Source of the DNA: a virus
Reading direction: 5' to 3' (one strand)
Virus record (IMG/VR): IMGVR_UViG_3300042946_000263
Coordinates: 2,330 to 66,329 of that record
Length of the DNA stretch: 64,000 nt
Both the position numbers and the translations under genes were made by a program. The notes beneath the pieces are model-generated. The model ran no database searches. It saw only the letters and a program-made list of their open reading frames with translations, and was not told where the DNA came from. This document shows, in pieces, positions 35,124 to 44,387 of this stretch (positions are counted from its first letter, which is position 1; each line of letters begins with the position of its first letter).

Positions 35124-38100
35124 ATGGAATTTAAAGTAGAAAAAACAATATCTAATTTTGTAGAGAGCCAGTTCCCTCAATTCTACCAAGAAGAGGGTCC
35201 AAAGTTCATACAATTCGTCAGAGCTTATTATGAATGGCTAGAATCCGCAGGTCCCGTCAAAGCAGATGGTAATGGCGGACCCATTCACGAAGCCAGAGAA
35301 TTAACAGATTACAGAGATATTGATACTACTGTTGAAAGATTTCTGGAATATTTCCAGAAAAAATATCTTTATGGTATTCCATTCAATATTATTGCTAATA
35401 AAAGATTCCTCCTTAAACATATTTTGGACGTGTACCGTTCAAAAACAACCATTCAAGGTTATAAACTTCTATTCAGATTAATCTACGACGAAGACGTTGA
35501 CATTTATCTTCCTGGTAAAGACGTACTGAGAGTATCAGACGGTAAATGGGTTGATCCACGATATCTAGAAGTAACATACACAGAGAATCTAGAATCTCTT
35601 ATTGGTAAATCCATTATGGGCGTTTCTTCAAAGACAACAGCTGTTGTTGAGAAGGTTGTTAGGGAACGTGTTAATAAAGACATAGTTTATATGGCGTACA
35701 TTACCAGCGTTGAGCCTAAAGGCGGCGATTTCGACGTTGGTGAAAGAATTGTTGACTACAGATACAGAACAGATTCTGCAGTAATTGGTGCATCGCCAGT
35801 CATCCTAGGATCATTAGATACTCTTGATGTTTTCAACAGCGGTAATTCATTCAACGTCGGAGATATTCTTAAAATTGCATACAAAGATCCAGATACCAAC
35901 GAAATTGATTCTTTTGGTATTGAAGGTCTTGTTATCGTTAAATCCCTTTTTCGTGGATATGGTTCTCTTAACTTCAACATCGTTAATGGCGGGTTTGGGT
36001 TCCTAGCCAATTCAGCAATATTTTTATACAAAAACATTGCCGATCAAACTGGTAGCGGAGCGAGCTTTAACATCAAACTTTCTGACACCAGAAGATTGAC
36101 ATACAACACAGACTGGATCCAGGATTTTATTGACTTACCTATTAATGAAACTTCATATGGATTTTTGGGAAATGCCAGCGCCAATTTAAGTACGAATATC
36201 GAAGACACGTTTACATACGAGAGCGGCGTATTCGGTAAAATCGCCTATCTAACAAACGTTCTTGCTGGTAATGCTTATATTGCCCCTGCTAATGTTTTCA
36301 TTAGATCAACTTATAGATCAAAAAACCTTCCTGGCAAACTTTGGTATTATAACACCAACACATTTATTAACGCTTATTCTTCAGGCGTATATGTAAATAC
36401 TTCATTCATAGATGGTAATGTTGTTCTTATAGCTAATGCTAATAAACATTTCGATTTGAATAGCTATGTAGATTACTTGGCTCCAGAAGGCTATAGCGCC
36501 ATTACTGGATTGCAATCTAACACAAGATATTATGTAAAAACTACAAACACGTCAGGAATTACTCTTAGCGAAACTCCTGGTGGAGCAACATTAGCGATCA
36601 GCACAACTAATGTTTCTAGTAATGTAGTGAAACACGTTTTCACTACAAAAGCTCTTACAAAGAGCTTTTTGGCAAACGCTTCTTATATCAACAACGTAAG
36701 TCATTCTATATTAGTTTCTAATGCCAATACATACTTCTTTGTTGACGATTATGTGTATTATTATGTTCCAACAGGAAATGTTGCAATTACTGGTCTGAAA
36801 GGAAACACTTATTATTATGTGGAATCTTCTAACGATTCTGCGTTAACTCTTTCTATGTCAGTAGGCGGAGATCCTATTGAGGTATTTTCTGGTAACTACG
36901 GGGCGGCGGCAGAAACTCATTATCTATTGAATGATACCACCAGAGCTCAAGTTCCCTATGTCAACGCTTATTCAGAAGATTTTTATTCTAATACAACTTC
37001 TGTAAATAATTCAAATTATTCTATCCTATTGGCCAATGCTGACATATATTTGCAAGCTGGTGATTCTATATTCTATGATGTTCCTACAGGATCTTCGGCG
37101 CTTGCAAATCTAACAGCAAATTCTGTTTATTTTGTTAAAACTGTAAATTCCAGCGCTATCACTTTAAGTAATACTGCCGGTGGTGCTACTATACAGATAT
37201 ACACATCTTCTTCTAGTGCTGCTGCTTCTCATCAAATCAAAGGCGCCAAATTCAACAAATATTTTGCGAACAATGATGTTATCTATCTGCAGTCTGATGA
37301 GGCTGATGCAAACACTTTAGAATTGGCTGTTATTAGAGAAATCAAAAGCGATACATCTGTTCAACTTTATGGGTTCACTAACAATACTTCTACTAATTCT
37401 ATGGTATACGGTAGAGCGGTTGTTATCATGCCTTCTCAGTTTGCTAATTCAGAAGTCACAGCAAGAAATAGTAATACTGGTTTAATCGATCAGTTTAGTC
37501 TACTTTCGTATAACAATAATCCAAATAATTATGGCGCTTATGCAAGCATCATGAGAAGATTGGATAATACGATTAATGGCATTAATGATAATATTCTTGC
37601 TCTTAACTCTAGCGGTAATAATATCGTAGAGAAGGTTGCTGCCGTTTCTTCGGGTAGAGCTTACGTAGAGGGCGAATCTGTTCATGCTTACAGATATGGT
37701 ATTTTAGAAGTTCCTGTTGTTGTTAAAGGCGGTTTTGGTTACGTAAACAATGATACTTTAATCTTTACTGGAGGGTTTACCGAATATCCAGCCAGAGGTT
37801 CAGTCATAACCAACAACCAAGGTCACATTACAGCTGTTAACACACAGCTTGGAGCTTGGTATAGTGGATCTGGATATAACACTATTCCAGAAATTTCTAT
37901 TAGATCTGCAAACAGCAGAGCCTATGGCGCAGTGTTGACCACAAACTTCATTCCTTTCGATACAGCCAGTGAAATTAGAGGTATTGTCAGAAAGGCTGGT
38001 GTTGGTAAGGGTGTTGGTTATTGGGCAACAACTGATGGACTATTAAACTCCGATAAGGTCATTCAAGACAGTTATTATTATCAAGATTATTCTTATGAAA

Positions 38101-38462
38101 TTAGAGCTGCTATCAGTATTGAAAACTACAAAGAAGTTTTCTATTCAACTTTCCACCCTGCTGGTACAGAACTATTCGGTAAGTATGAATTGCAGCCATT
38201 TGTGGTCCAAAGCGAGATAGACCTAGTATATGATACAAACGCCAATACTGCTTGGCCGCTATGGTTGACATGCGATATTTCAGACCCAAGAATTCGCTGC
38301 GACGTTCTTGTGGAAGAACTTCCTGACGGCAGACTGCTACCAAATACATATCTAACGGTCGATCAATTCACTTTCGCTAACAATTATCTGGGAGTAGACA
38401 TAAATACTATATTCTGTAGTAATGCCACTCTCAGAGTAGATAGAATATCTGAAGATTCATAA
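35124..38462 (+). CDS. gp7: baseplate wedge initiator
   Basis: SQFP.FY.E....F..F..AYYEW; L..SDGKW; IQDSYYYQDYSY; HPAG...FG. Confidence 0.88.
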   Translation: MEFKVEKTISNFVESQFPQFYQEEGPKFIQFVRAYYEWLESAGPVKADGNGGPIHEARELTDYRDIDTTVERFLEYFQKKYLYGIPFNIIANKRFLLKHILDVYRSKTTIQGYKLLFRLIYDEDVDIYLPGKDVLRVSDGKWVDPRYLEVTYTENLESLIGKSIMGVSSKTTAVVEKVVRERVNKDIVYMAYITSVEPKGGDFDVGERIVDYRYRTDSAVIGASPVILGSLDTLDVFNSGNSFNVGDILKIAYKDPDTNEIDSFGIEGLVIVKSLFRGYGSLNFNIVNGGFGFLANSAIFLYKNIADQTGSGASFNIKLSDTRRLTYNTDWIQDFIDLPINETSYGFLGNASANLSTNIEDTFTYESGVFGKIAYLTNVLAGNAYIAPANVFIRSTYRSKNLPGKLWYYNTNTFINAYSSGVYVNTSFIDGNVVLIANANKHFDLNSYVDYLAPEGYSAITGLQSNTRYYVKTTNTSGITLSETPGGATLAISTTNVSSNVVKHVFTTKALTKSFLANASYINNVSHSILVSNANTYFFVDDYVYYYVPTGNVAITGLKGNTYYYVESSNDSALTLSMSVGGDPIEVFSGNYGAAAETHYLLNDTTRAQVPYVNAYSEDFYSNTTSVNNSNYSILLANADIYLQAGDSIFYDVPTGSSALANLTANSVYFVKTVNSSAITLSNTAGGATIQIYTSSSSAAASHQIKGAKFNKYFANNDVIYLQSDEADANTLELAVIREIKSDTSVQLYGFTNNTSTNSMVYGRAVVIMPSQFANSEVTARNSNTGLIDQFSLLSYNNNPNNYGAYASIMRRLDNTINGINDNILALNSSGNNIVEKVAAVSSGRAYVEGESVHAYRYGILEVPVVVKGGFGYVNNDTLIFTGGFTEYPARGSVITNNQGHITAVNTQLGAWYSGSGYNTIPEISIRSANSRAYGAVLTTNFIPFDTASEIRGIVRKAGVGKGVGYWATTDGLLNSDKVIQDSYYYQDYSYEIRAAISIENYKEVFYSTFHPAGTELFGKYELQPFVVQSEIDLVYDTNANTAWPLWLTCDISDPRIRCDVLVEELPDGRLLPNTYLTVDQFTFANNYLGVDINTIFCSNATLRVDRISEDS

Positions 38463-38473
38463 GGGGAACTAAA

Positions 38474-39064
38474 TTGACAATACAAACAGCCAATATTGGC
38501 GCAAGCCCAAACGACGGAACTGGCACTCCTCTGAGAGATGCCGTTGATCTGTTCAATCAAAATTTTATTCAGCTGAGTACTAACTCTGTTGTAAACACCA
38601 GTATTACTGTAGGAAATACAGCGACTGGAAACGTCTTTGTTAATTCTTCTTTGATTTATGTGCAAAATAATGCTGCTTACGTTAGAATTGGTAACAGCGC
38701 ATCAGTGAACGTAATAGCAAACAGTTCTGTTATCCAGACAGCTGGTCTGGTAAATACAGGAACTCTTTCTGTTACATCAAATACTTTGAACCTTGGAACT
38801 ACCTCTTCTGCTGGAGCTAATGGTTATACCTACCTACCAAACGGTCTAAAAATGAATTGGGGTTGGGTGTATTGTAATAGTACAATTGGAAATGCTATCT
38901 TTACTTCTGCTTATACATCAGAGTGTTATGTTGTTACTGTTACCGGTAATACAGCTAACGCTTCTTTTGCTCCTTTTGTGCCTGAACAGAATACAACTGC
39001 AGCTGTTATCAGAACAAACGATAATACAGCTATCAACGTTCATTTTATTGCGCTTGGTAAGTAA
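38474..39064 (+). CDS. gp9/gp10-like baseplate-fibre connector
   Basis: NIG..PNDGTG.PLRDA....N.NF N-terminal motif; C-terminal GY.YLPNGL...WG. Confidence 0.7.
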   Translation: MTIQTANIGASPNDGTGTPLRDAVDLFNQNFIQLSTNSVVNTSITVGNTATGNVFVNSSLIYVQNNAAYVRIGNSASVNVIANSSVIQTAGLVNTGTLSVTSNTLNLGTTSSAGANGYTYLPNGLKMNWGWVYCNSTIGNAIFTSAYTSECYVVTVTGNTANASFAPFVPEQNTTAAVIRTNDNTAINVHFIALGK

Positions 39065-39073
39065 GGTTTAAAA

Positions 39074-40609
39074 ATGGCTGGAATTATTCAATCTGCATAC
39101 AAAAAGTCTTTAATTGATGAGATGTTGTATAATATCAGCACAAACACGTCTTATTATTACGCATTTGCATCTAACCCTGTAGCGTATAGTGGAGCTGTTC
39201 CTAATACTTCACCAAAAGACTATTCTACTGAATTTGAGAACGATTGGTTGATGTTATTTGGCAAGAAATTATCTATTTCTAATTTCGCCCCGTTGATTCA
39301 GAATAATATATGGGACGCTAACACAATATACAGAAAATATGATAATAGCGATCCCGAGCTTTATTCCAATAATTTGTTTTATGCTATTTGCGAGCCTGAA
39401 TATGACGGTGGCACTTATAATGTATATAAGTGTTTGGACAATGGCAACGATTCCCCTTCTTCTGTCAAGCCAACAATGGTTCAAACAACTTCTTTTGCTA
39501 CTTCTGATGGTTATGTTTGGAAATATGTAACTTCTATTCCATTCAGACTATACAGAATGTTTGCGACCGAAGAATATGCTCCATTATACGCAAACGCTAT
39601 TACATCAATTTATGCCAATGTTTATGCTGGTGTAGAAAAAGTTGTTATTGAAAACGGCGGAACAGGTTATTCTACATATCATGAAGGCACTATTCTATCT
39701 GCTAATACTACTGTTATCCAGATTGAAAACGAAGCCAGTATCCAGAGCGGTTATTACACAGGAAGCGCCATCTATATTTACAATACTACAGCTACAACTT
39801 CTCAGATATTCAACATAACTGAATACGTAGCAAACAGTGTTGGTAAATGGATTTATTTGGATAAAGAAGCTAATACTGACAATATCTTGCCACAGGCCAC
39901 AAGATACAAAATTTCTCCTAGCGTTCATTTCGTTACAGACGGTGGAACTCAACCTATTGCTTATACTACTATAAACCCAGAAGCAAACTCTATTTCTGAT
40001 GTAGTAATTCTAGAAACTGGGGCGGATATATCTTGGGCTAACGTGACGATTAATGCTTTGGTTGGTCAAAATGCTAATGTTTATGCTATCGTACCACCAG
40101 CTGGCGGACATGGTAGTGACGCTCTTTCGGAATTGAATATCAAGGCTCTGGGTGTAAACTTTCATTTTGCTAATACTGAAGGCGACAATATTCCTACTTG
40201 GATTCAATATAACAAGATAGGTATTATTAAAAATCCATACCAATTATATGCAAATGGCGCCAAAAGTAATACTCAATTTACTGGGGCTGTTTTCAGTCAG
40301 GTTATGGAATGCGATGTCTCTAATCCAGTCGTATATACTATTGGAGACAGGGTTTATGGTAATACCAGCAACGCTTATGGTATTGTTGCCTATTCAAATA
40401 CAACTAAATTGTATGTCACAGGCGACAAAACATTTATAGATGGAGAATATGTTTTCTCTAGTAATGGCGTTCTCAACACAGAAGTTGATATTGTTTCAAA
40501 GGGCGATATATACGCTAAGAGTTTGAAGCCTCTTTACGTACAGAATATAAATAATGTTAATAGGTCTAACACCCAAACCGAATCTTTTAAACTGATTATC
40601 CAGATATAA
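39074..40609 (+). CDS. gp8: baseplate wedge subunit
   Basis: VYKCLDN.....S...P; T.DGY.WKY; P..GHG.D...EL; R...QTE..K.I. Confidence 0.9.
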   Translation: MAGIIQSAYKKSLIDEMLYNISTNTSYYYAFASNPVAYSGAVPNTSPKDYSTEFENDWLMLFGKKLSISNFAPLIQNNIWDANTIYRKYDNSDPELYSNNLFYAICEPEYDGGTYNVYKCLDNGNDSPSSVKPTMVQTTSFATSDGYVWKYVTSIPFRLYRMFATEEYAPLYANAITSIYANVYAGVEKVVIENGGTGYSTYHEGTILSANTTVIQIENEASIQSGYYTGSAIYIYNTTATTSQIFNITEYVANSVGKWIYLDKEANTDNILPQATRYKISPSVHFVTDGGTQPIAYTTINPEANSISDVVILETGADISWANVTINALVGQNANVYAIVPPAGGHGSDALSELNIKALGVNFHFANTEGDNIPTWIQYNKIGIIKNPYQLYANGAKSNTQFTGAVFSQVMECDVSNPVVYTIGDRVYGNTSNAYGIVAYSNTTKLYVTGDKTFIDGEYVFSSNGVLNTEVDIVSKGDIYAKSLKPLYVQNINNVNRSNTQTESFKLIIQI

Positions 40610-40622
40610 TAAGGCACCAATA

Positions 40623-43600
40623 ATGGCTCTAAAGACAGATTTCAACGTTGCTCCATATTTCGACGATTATGATGAGTTTAAAGACTATTATCGAATCCTT
40701 TTTAGACCTGGTACAGCAGTTCAGGCAAGAGAACTAACACAGATCCAGACAATTATCCAGAAACAGATCGAAAGATTTGGTAACTGGGCGTTTAATAACG
40801 GCGATATTGTTTATGGTTGTCAGATTTTCGACATGCCTTCGGTTCCGTATGTTCGCCTTATGGATTTCGCATCGAACGGTACAGCAAACTCAGCCACTCT
40901 AGACGTAAGAGATTATGTTAATGCAGTGGCCACTAGCGCCACAAGCAATCTAAAAGCTCAGGTCATTTACGCTAATGCAGGATTCAGCACCAATTATCCT
41001 GACACAAACATTCTGTATCTAAAGTACATCAACACTGGAACAGGCGGGGAAACTATATTCTCCAACAACGAATTGTTGACTTTCCAGCAAGTTTCTGTTG
41101 CAGGTAATACTGATCTAGCAAATGTTTATAGTTGGTCTAACACTCCTATCGATACTGTAACAACAGGTAATTCTCACGGCGTAAGCGTAACAGAAGGCGT
41201 TGTTTTCATTGGAGGCGAATTCGTTAGAGTAGCAAATTCTACATTTGGCCTTGTTAACAATTTTGGTACTTACGCTGGTAATAATGTTATTGGATTTGAC
41301 CTTATTGAACAGATTGTTACAGAAAACCAAGATACAAGTCTTCTAGATAACGCTCTTGGATATACCAACGAAAACGCTCCTGGCGCTCATCGTTTGAAAC
41401 TTACTCCTATAATCATTTCTCTTACTACAGAAGAAGCATCCCTTAGAGAGAAATTCAATCCTATCGGAATTTATAATTATGGTAGTTTGGTTTCTAAAGT
41501 TTTACCAGCAGCAAACGTCTATTCTGTTGTTGGTGACGTTCTAGCAAAAAGAACATTCGAAGAATCTGGCAATTATGTCGTAAACCCTTTTATTGTTGAT
41601 ACTGTAACAACCATTCCAGGTTCTGATGTAAGCGCATCTGATGCTAACAGCGTTCTAGGGCGTGTCAGCACAGGTATCGGTTATGTTCAGGGTAACAGAG
41701 TAGAAATCCAAAAAACTGCATATATCAACATGCGTCGTGGCGTTGATACCCAGACAAACCGTTCACAAGAAATCAATTTCAATTATGGCAATTATTTTAT
41801 TGTAAATGAATACGCTGGATCATTCAGATCCGATTTGATAGCTAGCGTCAATTTTTATGACCAGCCACAAAAAGCTGTTACCAACAGAACATATTCTGGA
41901 ACTGGTTTGGTTGGTAATTTGATAGGTACAGCCAATATTAGATGTGTAACATTAGTTTCCGGCACTCCCGGCACATCTACTGCTAATTATTACATTCACA
42001 TTTTCAATACTAGTATGTCTGGAAATTACACACCAAGCCAGATAAAATCTATCGTATTTACTGGTCCAAACAAAGGTATTGCTGACGTTGTATCTACTGG
42101 TATTGTATCTTCGCAGAACAAAAAACAACTATTCAGTTTTGGCGTAACTGGTATTAAGAATCTTAGAGATCAGAACAACAATGTTGTTACAGATTACTAT
42201 TACAGAGCAAGTAATACTACTGCTATTATGGACACCAGTGGTAACATTGACACAAGAATAGCTTCTTCAGTTACAGGCGGAACTGATATTCTACCATTCG
42301 TTGCAGGTACAACATTAACAGATTCGGCTGCAGCTGACATTATAGTTGTTTCTAAAACTAATGCAGATTCAGCTGCTATAACTGGGTCAGTTTCAGTAAG
42401 CACATCTTCTACTATTGTAACAGGTTCTTCTACTGTATTTACTTCTATATTTACATCTGGAGATTTGGTAAAGGTCGATGGCGCAGTAAGAACAATTGTA
42501 TCAGTTGCAAACAACACTTATATGGTTGTTGATGCTCCGTTCGCTTACTCTAATTCTGGAACAAACTGTTATAAGAGATATGTGAATGGTAAAGTAATTT
42601 CCACAACAAAGGGTATTACTGGTCCTTCTCCATATGTAACAATAGATACTAGCACAGGGTTCACAATTCATTCAGGGCAGATTCCATCAGTTCCTTTGGA
42701 CGTTGACGTTTCTTATATCGTAAAAAGAACTGTTACTGTTCCTGCTAAAAAGGAAATCAGAAAGAAGAGATTTGTTAAGATCAACACTTCTTCAAACCCA
42801 AAAGGTCCATGGTGCCTTGGGTTGGGAGACGTACATAAGATCAATAAAATTTACGGAACTGCTAATGGCGTTTATACTGTTAATGGTGTCGATCTAACAA
42901 GTAATTTCTCTCTTGACACAGGCCAAAAAGATACTCATTATAACTTAGCATATATTTACGCTAAACCTGGTTATACAGCTACTTCTTTCCCAAATGTTTT
43001 GGTGGACTTAGATTATTTTGCTGTTAATACATCGCCAGGAGTTGGTTATTTTACAGTCGAATCTTATCCTGTTGACGACGCTAATACTGCTAGTGTTACC
43101 GCCATTCAGACAAAAGATATTCCTCTTTATGTTGATGACACTGGAGCCAAATTACCACTAAGAGATTATGTGGACTTCAGAGTTCCATGTATTAATACTG
43201 CTAACGACAGCGGTTTTTACGATTGGTCTAACGGAGCTCAAACTAATACTGCAATTTCATATGCTACGTTGAATCCATCAAGCACTCTATCGTTTGATGT
43301 TCCAATCACAGGAATGAATTCTCCTGCTTATGGTAAATCTCTAGAGGCAGATTATACTTTCTATCTGGGTAGAAAAGATCTGGTTATGATCACCCCTGAC
43401 AATGTTCTCAAGGTAAAGGAGGGTGTGCCTAGCATTACACCACAATCTCCTCTATTCCCAGAGAATGCTATGCCATTGGCTACTCTCAATATACCTCCAT
43501 ATCCTTCTCTATCTTCTGAGCAGGTCGATGACTTCTTGACTATCAACCAGAGCGCCATAAACCTTATAAGAGACACTTCTCTTTCAATATCTGGTTCTTC

Positions 43601-44357
43601 TTTGACTAATAGAAGATATACTATGAAAGACATAGGTTCTATTGATCAGAGAGTTACAAATCTAGAATATTACACTCAGTTGTCATTGCTAGAGAAAAAG
43701 GCAAAAGACTTAACAGTTACTGACGAAAACGGTCTTGATAGATTCAAGAATGGTATTTTCGTTGATCCTATGACTTCTTTTTCTCTTTGCGATATTTCTA
43801 ATCCAGAATTCAGTATAGCAATTGATTCTTCGAAGGGCGTCGCTAGACCAAAAATTGTTAGAGAAACTATCACTATCAATTTCAGTAGCACTGCTTCTTC
43901 TAATGTTGTCAAGACAGGCAGACTTATTACACTAAACTATACTGAAGTTCCTTTCTTGGTTCAGCAATATGCTACAAAGTATAGATCTTCAGCTTTGGTT
44001 GCTTATGCTTGGAATGGTCATCTTACTCTTATTCCGACATACGATAATGGCGTTAATGAAGGTAAAACTGGTTCTGCAGAAATCTATATTGATTCAGCTG
44101 CTCCATGGAAAGAATTCGCTTCTAGCCCATTCGGCGTTACATGGGGCGATTGGAGAACTACAACTTCTACTGAGGTTGAGACTATTCTTACTGGAGAAGT
44201 TAGAAACAAAGTATATGACTTCAGAGGAAATCTTGTCAGCGATAGACCTGCTGCTGTTCAGCCTGTTGCCAATCCTCCATCTGTAAACGATCTTCTCGTG
44301 CAAGCTGGTTGGAATGGCGGCGTAGACTTATTGACAACTCTCTTAAGAGGTTTATAA
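40623..44357 (+). CDS. VrlC/DUF4815 virion structural protein, N-terminal part
   Basis: FNV.PY.DD....K.YYR.LF.PG.AVQARELTQ.Q; APGA.R; RRYTM.DI..I..RV..LEYYT.LSLLE; RFKNG..VD. Confidence 0.88.
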   Translation: MALKTDFNVAPYFDDYDEFKDYYRILFRPGTAVQARELTQIQTIIQKQIERFGNWAFNNGDIVYGCQIFDMPSVPYVRLMDFASNGTANSATLDVRDYVNAVATSATSNLKAQVIYANAGFSTNYPDTNILYLKYINTGTGGETIFSNNELLTFQQVSVAGNTDLANVYSWSNTPIDTVTTGNSHGVSVTEGVVFIGGEFVRVANSTFGLVNNFGTYAGNNVIGFDLIEQIVTENQDTSLLDNALGYTNENAPGAHRLKLTPIIISLTTEEASLREKFNPIGIYNYGSLVSKVLPAANVYSVVGDVLAKRTFEESGNYVVNPFIVDTVTTIPGSDVSASDANSVLGRVSTGIGYVQGNRVEIQKTAYINMRRGVDTQTNRSQEINFNYGNYFIVNEYAGSFRSDLIASVNFYDQPQKAVTNRTYSGTGLVGNLIGTANIRCVTLVSGTPGTSTANYYIHIFNTSMSGNYTPSQIKSIVFTGPNKGIADVVSTGIVSSQNKKQLFSFGVTGIKNLRDQNNNVVTDYYYRASNTTAIMDTSGNIDTRIASSVTGGTDILPFVAGTTLTDSAAADIIVVSKTNADSAAITGSVSVSTSSTIVTGSSTVFTSIFTSGDLVKVDGAVRTIVSVANNTYMVVDAPFAYSNSGTNCYKRYVNGKVISTTKGITGPSPYVTIDTSTGFTIHSGQIPSVPLDVDVSYIVKRTVTVPAKKEIRKKRFVKINTSSNPKGPWCLGLGDVHKINKIYGTANGVYTVNGVDLTSNFSLDTGQKDTHYNLAYIYAKPGYTATSFPNVLVDLDYFAVNTSPGVGYFTVESYPVDDANTASVTAIQTKDIPLYVDDTGAKLPLRDYVDFRVPCINTANDSGFYDWSNGAQTNTAISYATLNPSSTLSFDVPITGMNSPAYGKSLEADYTFYLGRKDLVMITPDNVLKVKEGVPSITPQSPLFPENAMPLATLNIPPYPSLSSEQVDDFLTINQSAINLIRDTSLSISGSSLTNRRYTMKDIGSIDQRVTNLEYYTQLSLLEKKAKDLTVTDENGLDRFKNGIFVDPMTSFSLCDISNPEFSIAIDSSKGVARPKIVRETITINFSSTASSNVVKTGRLITLNYTEVPFLVQQYATKYRSSALVAYAWNGHLTLIPTYDNGVNEGKTGSAEIYIDSAAPWKEFASSPFGVTWGDWRTTTSTEVETILTGEVRNKVYDFRGNLVSDRPAAVQPVANPPSVNDLLVQAGWNGGVDLLTTLLRGL

Positions 44358-44387
44358 ATATACAAAATGGAATTTAGGAGATAAAAA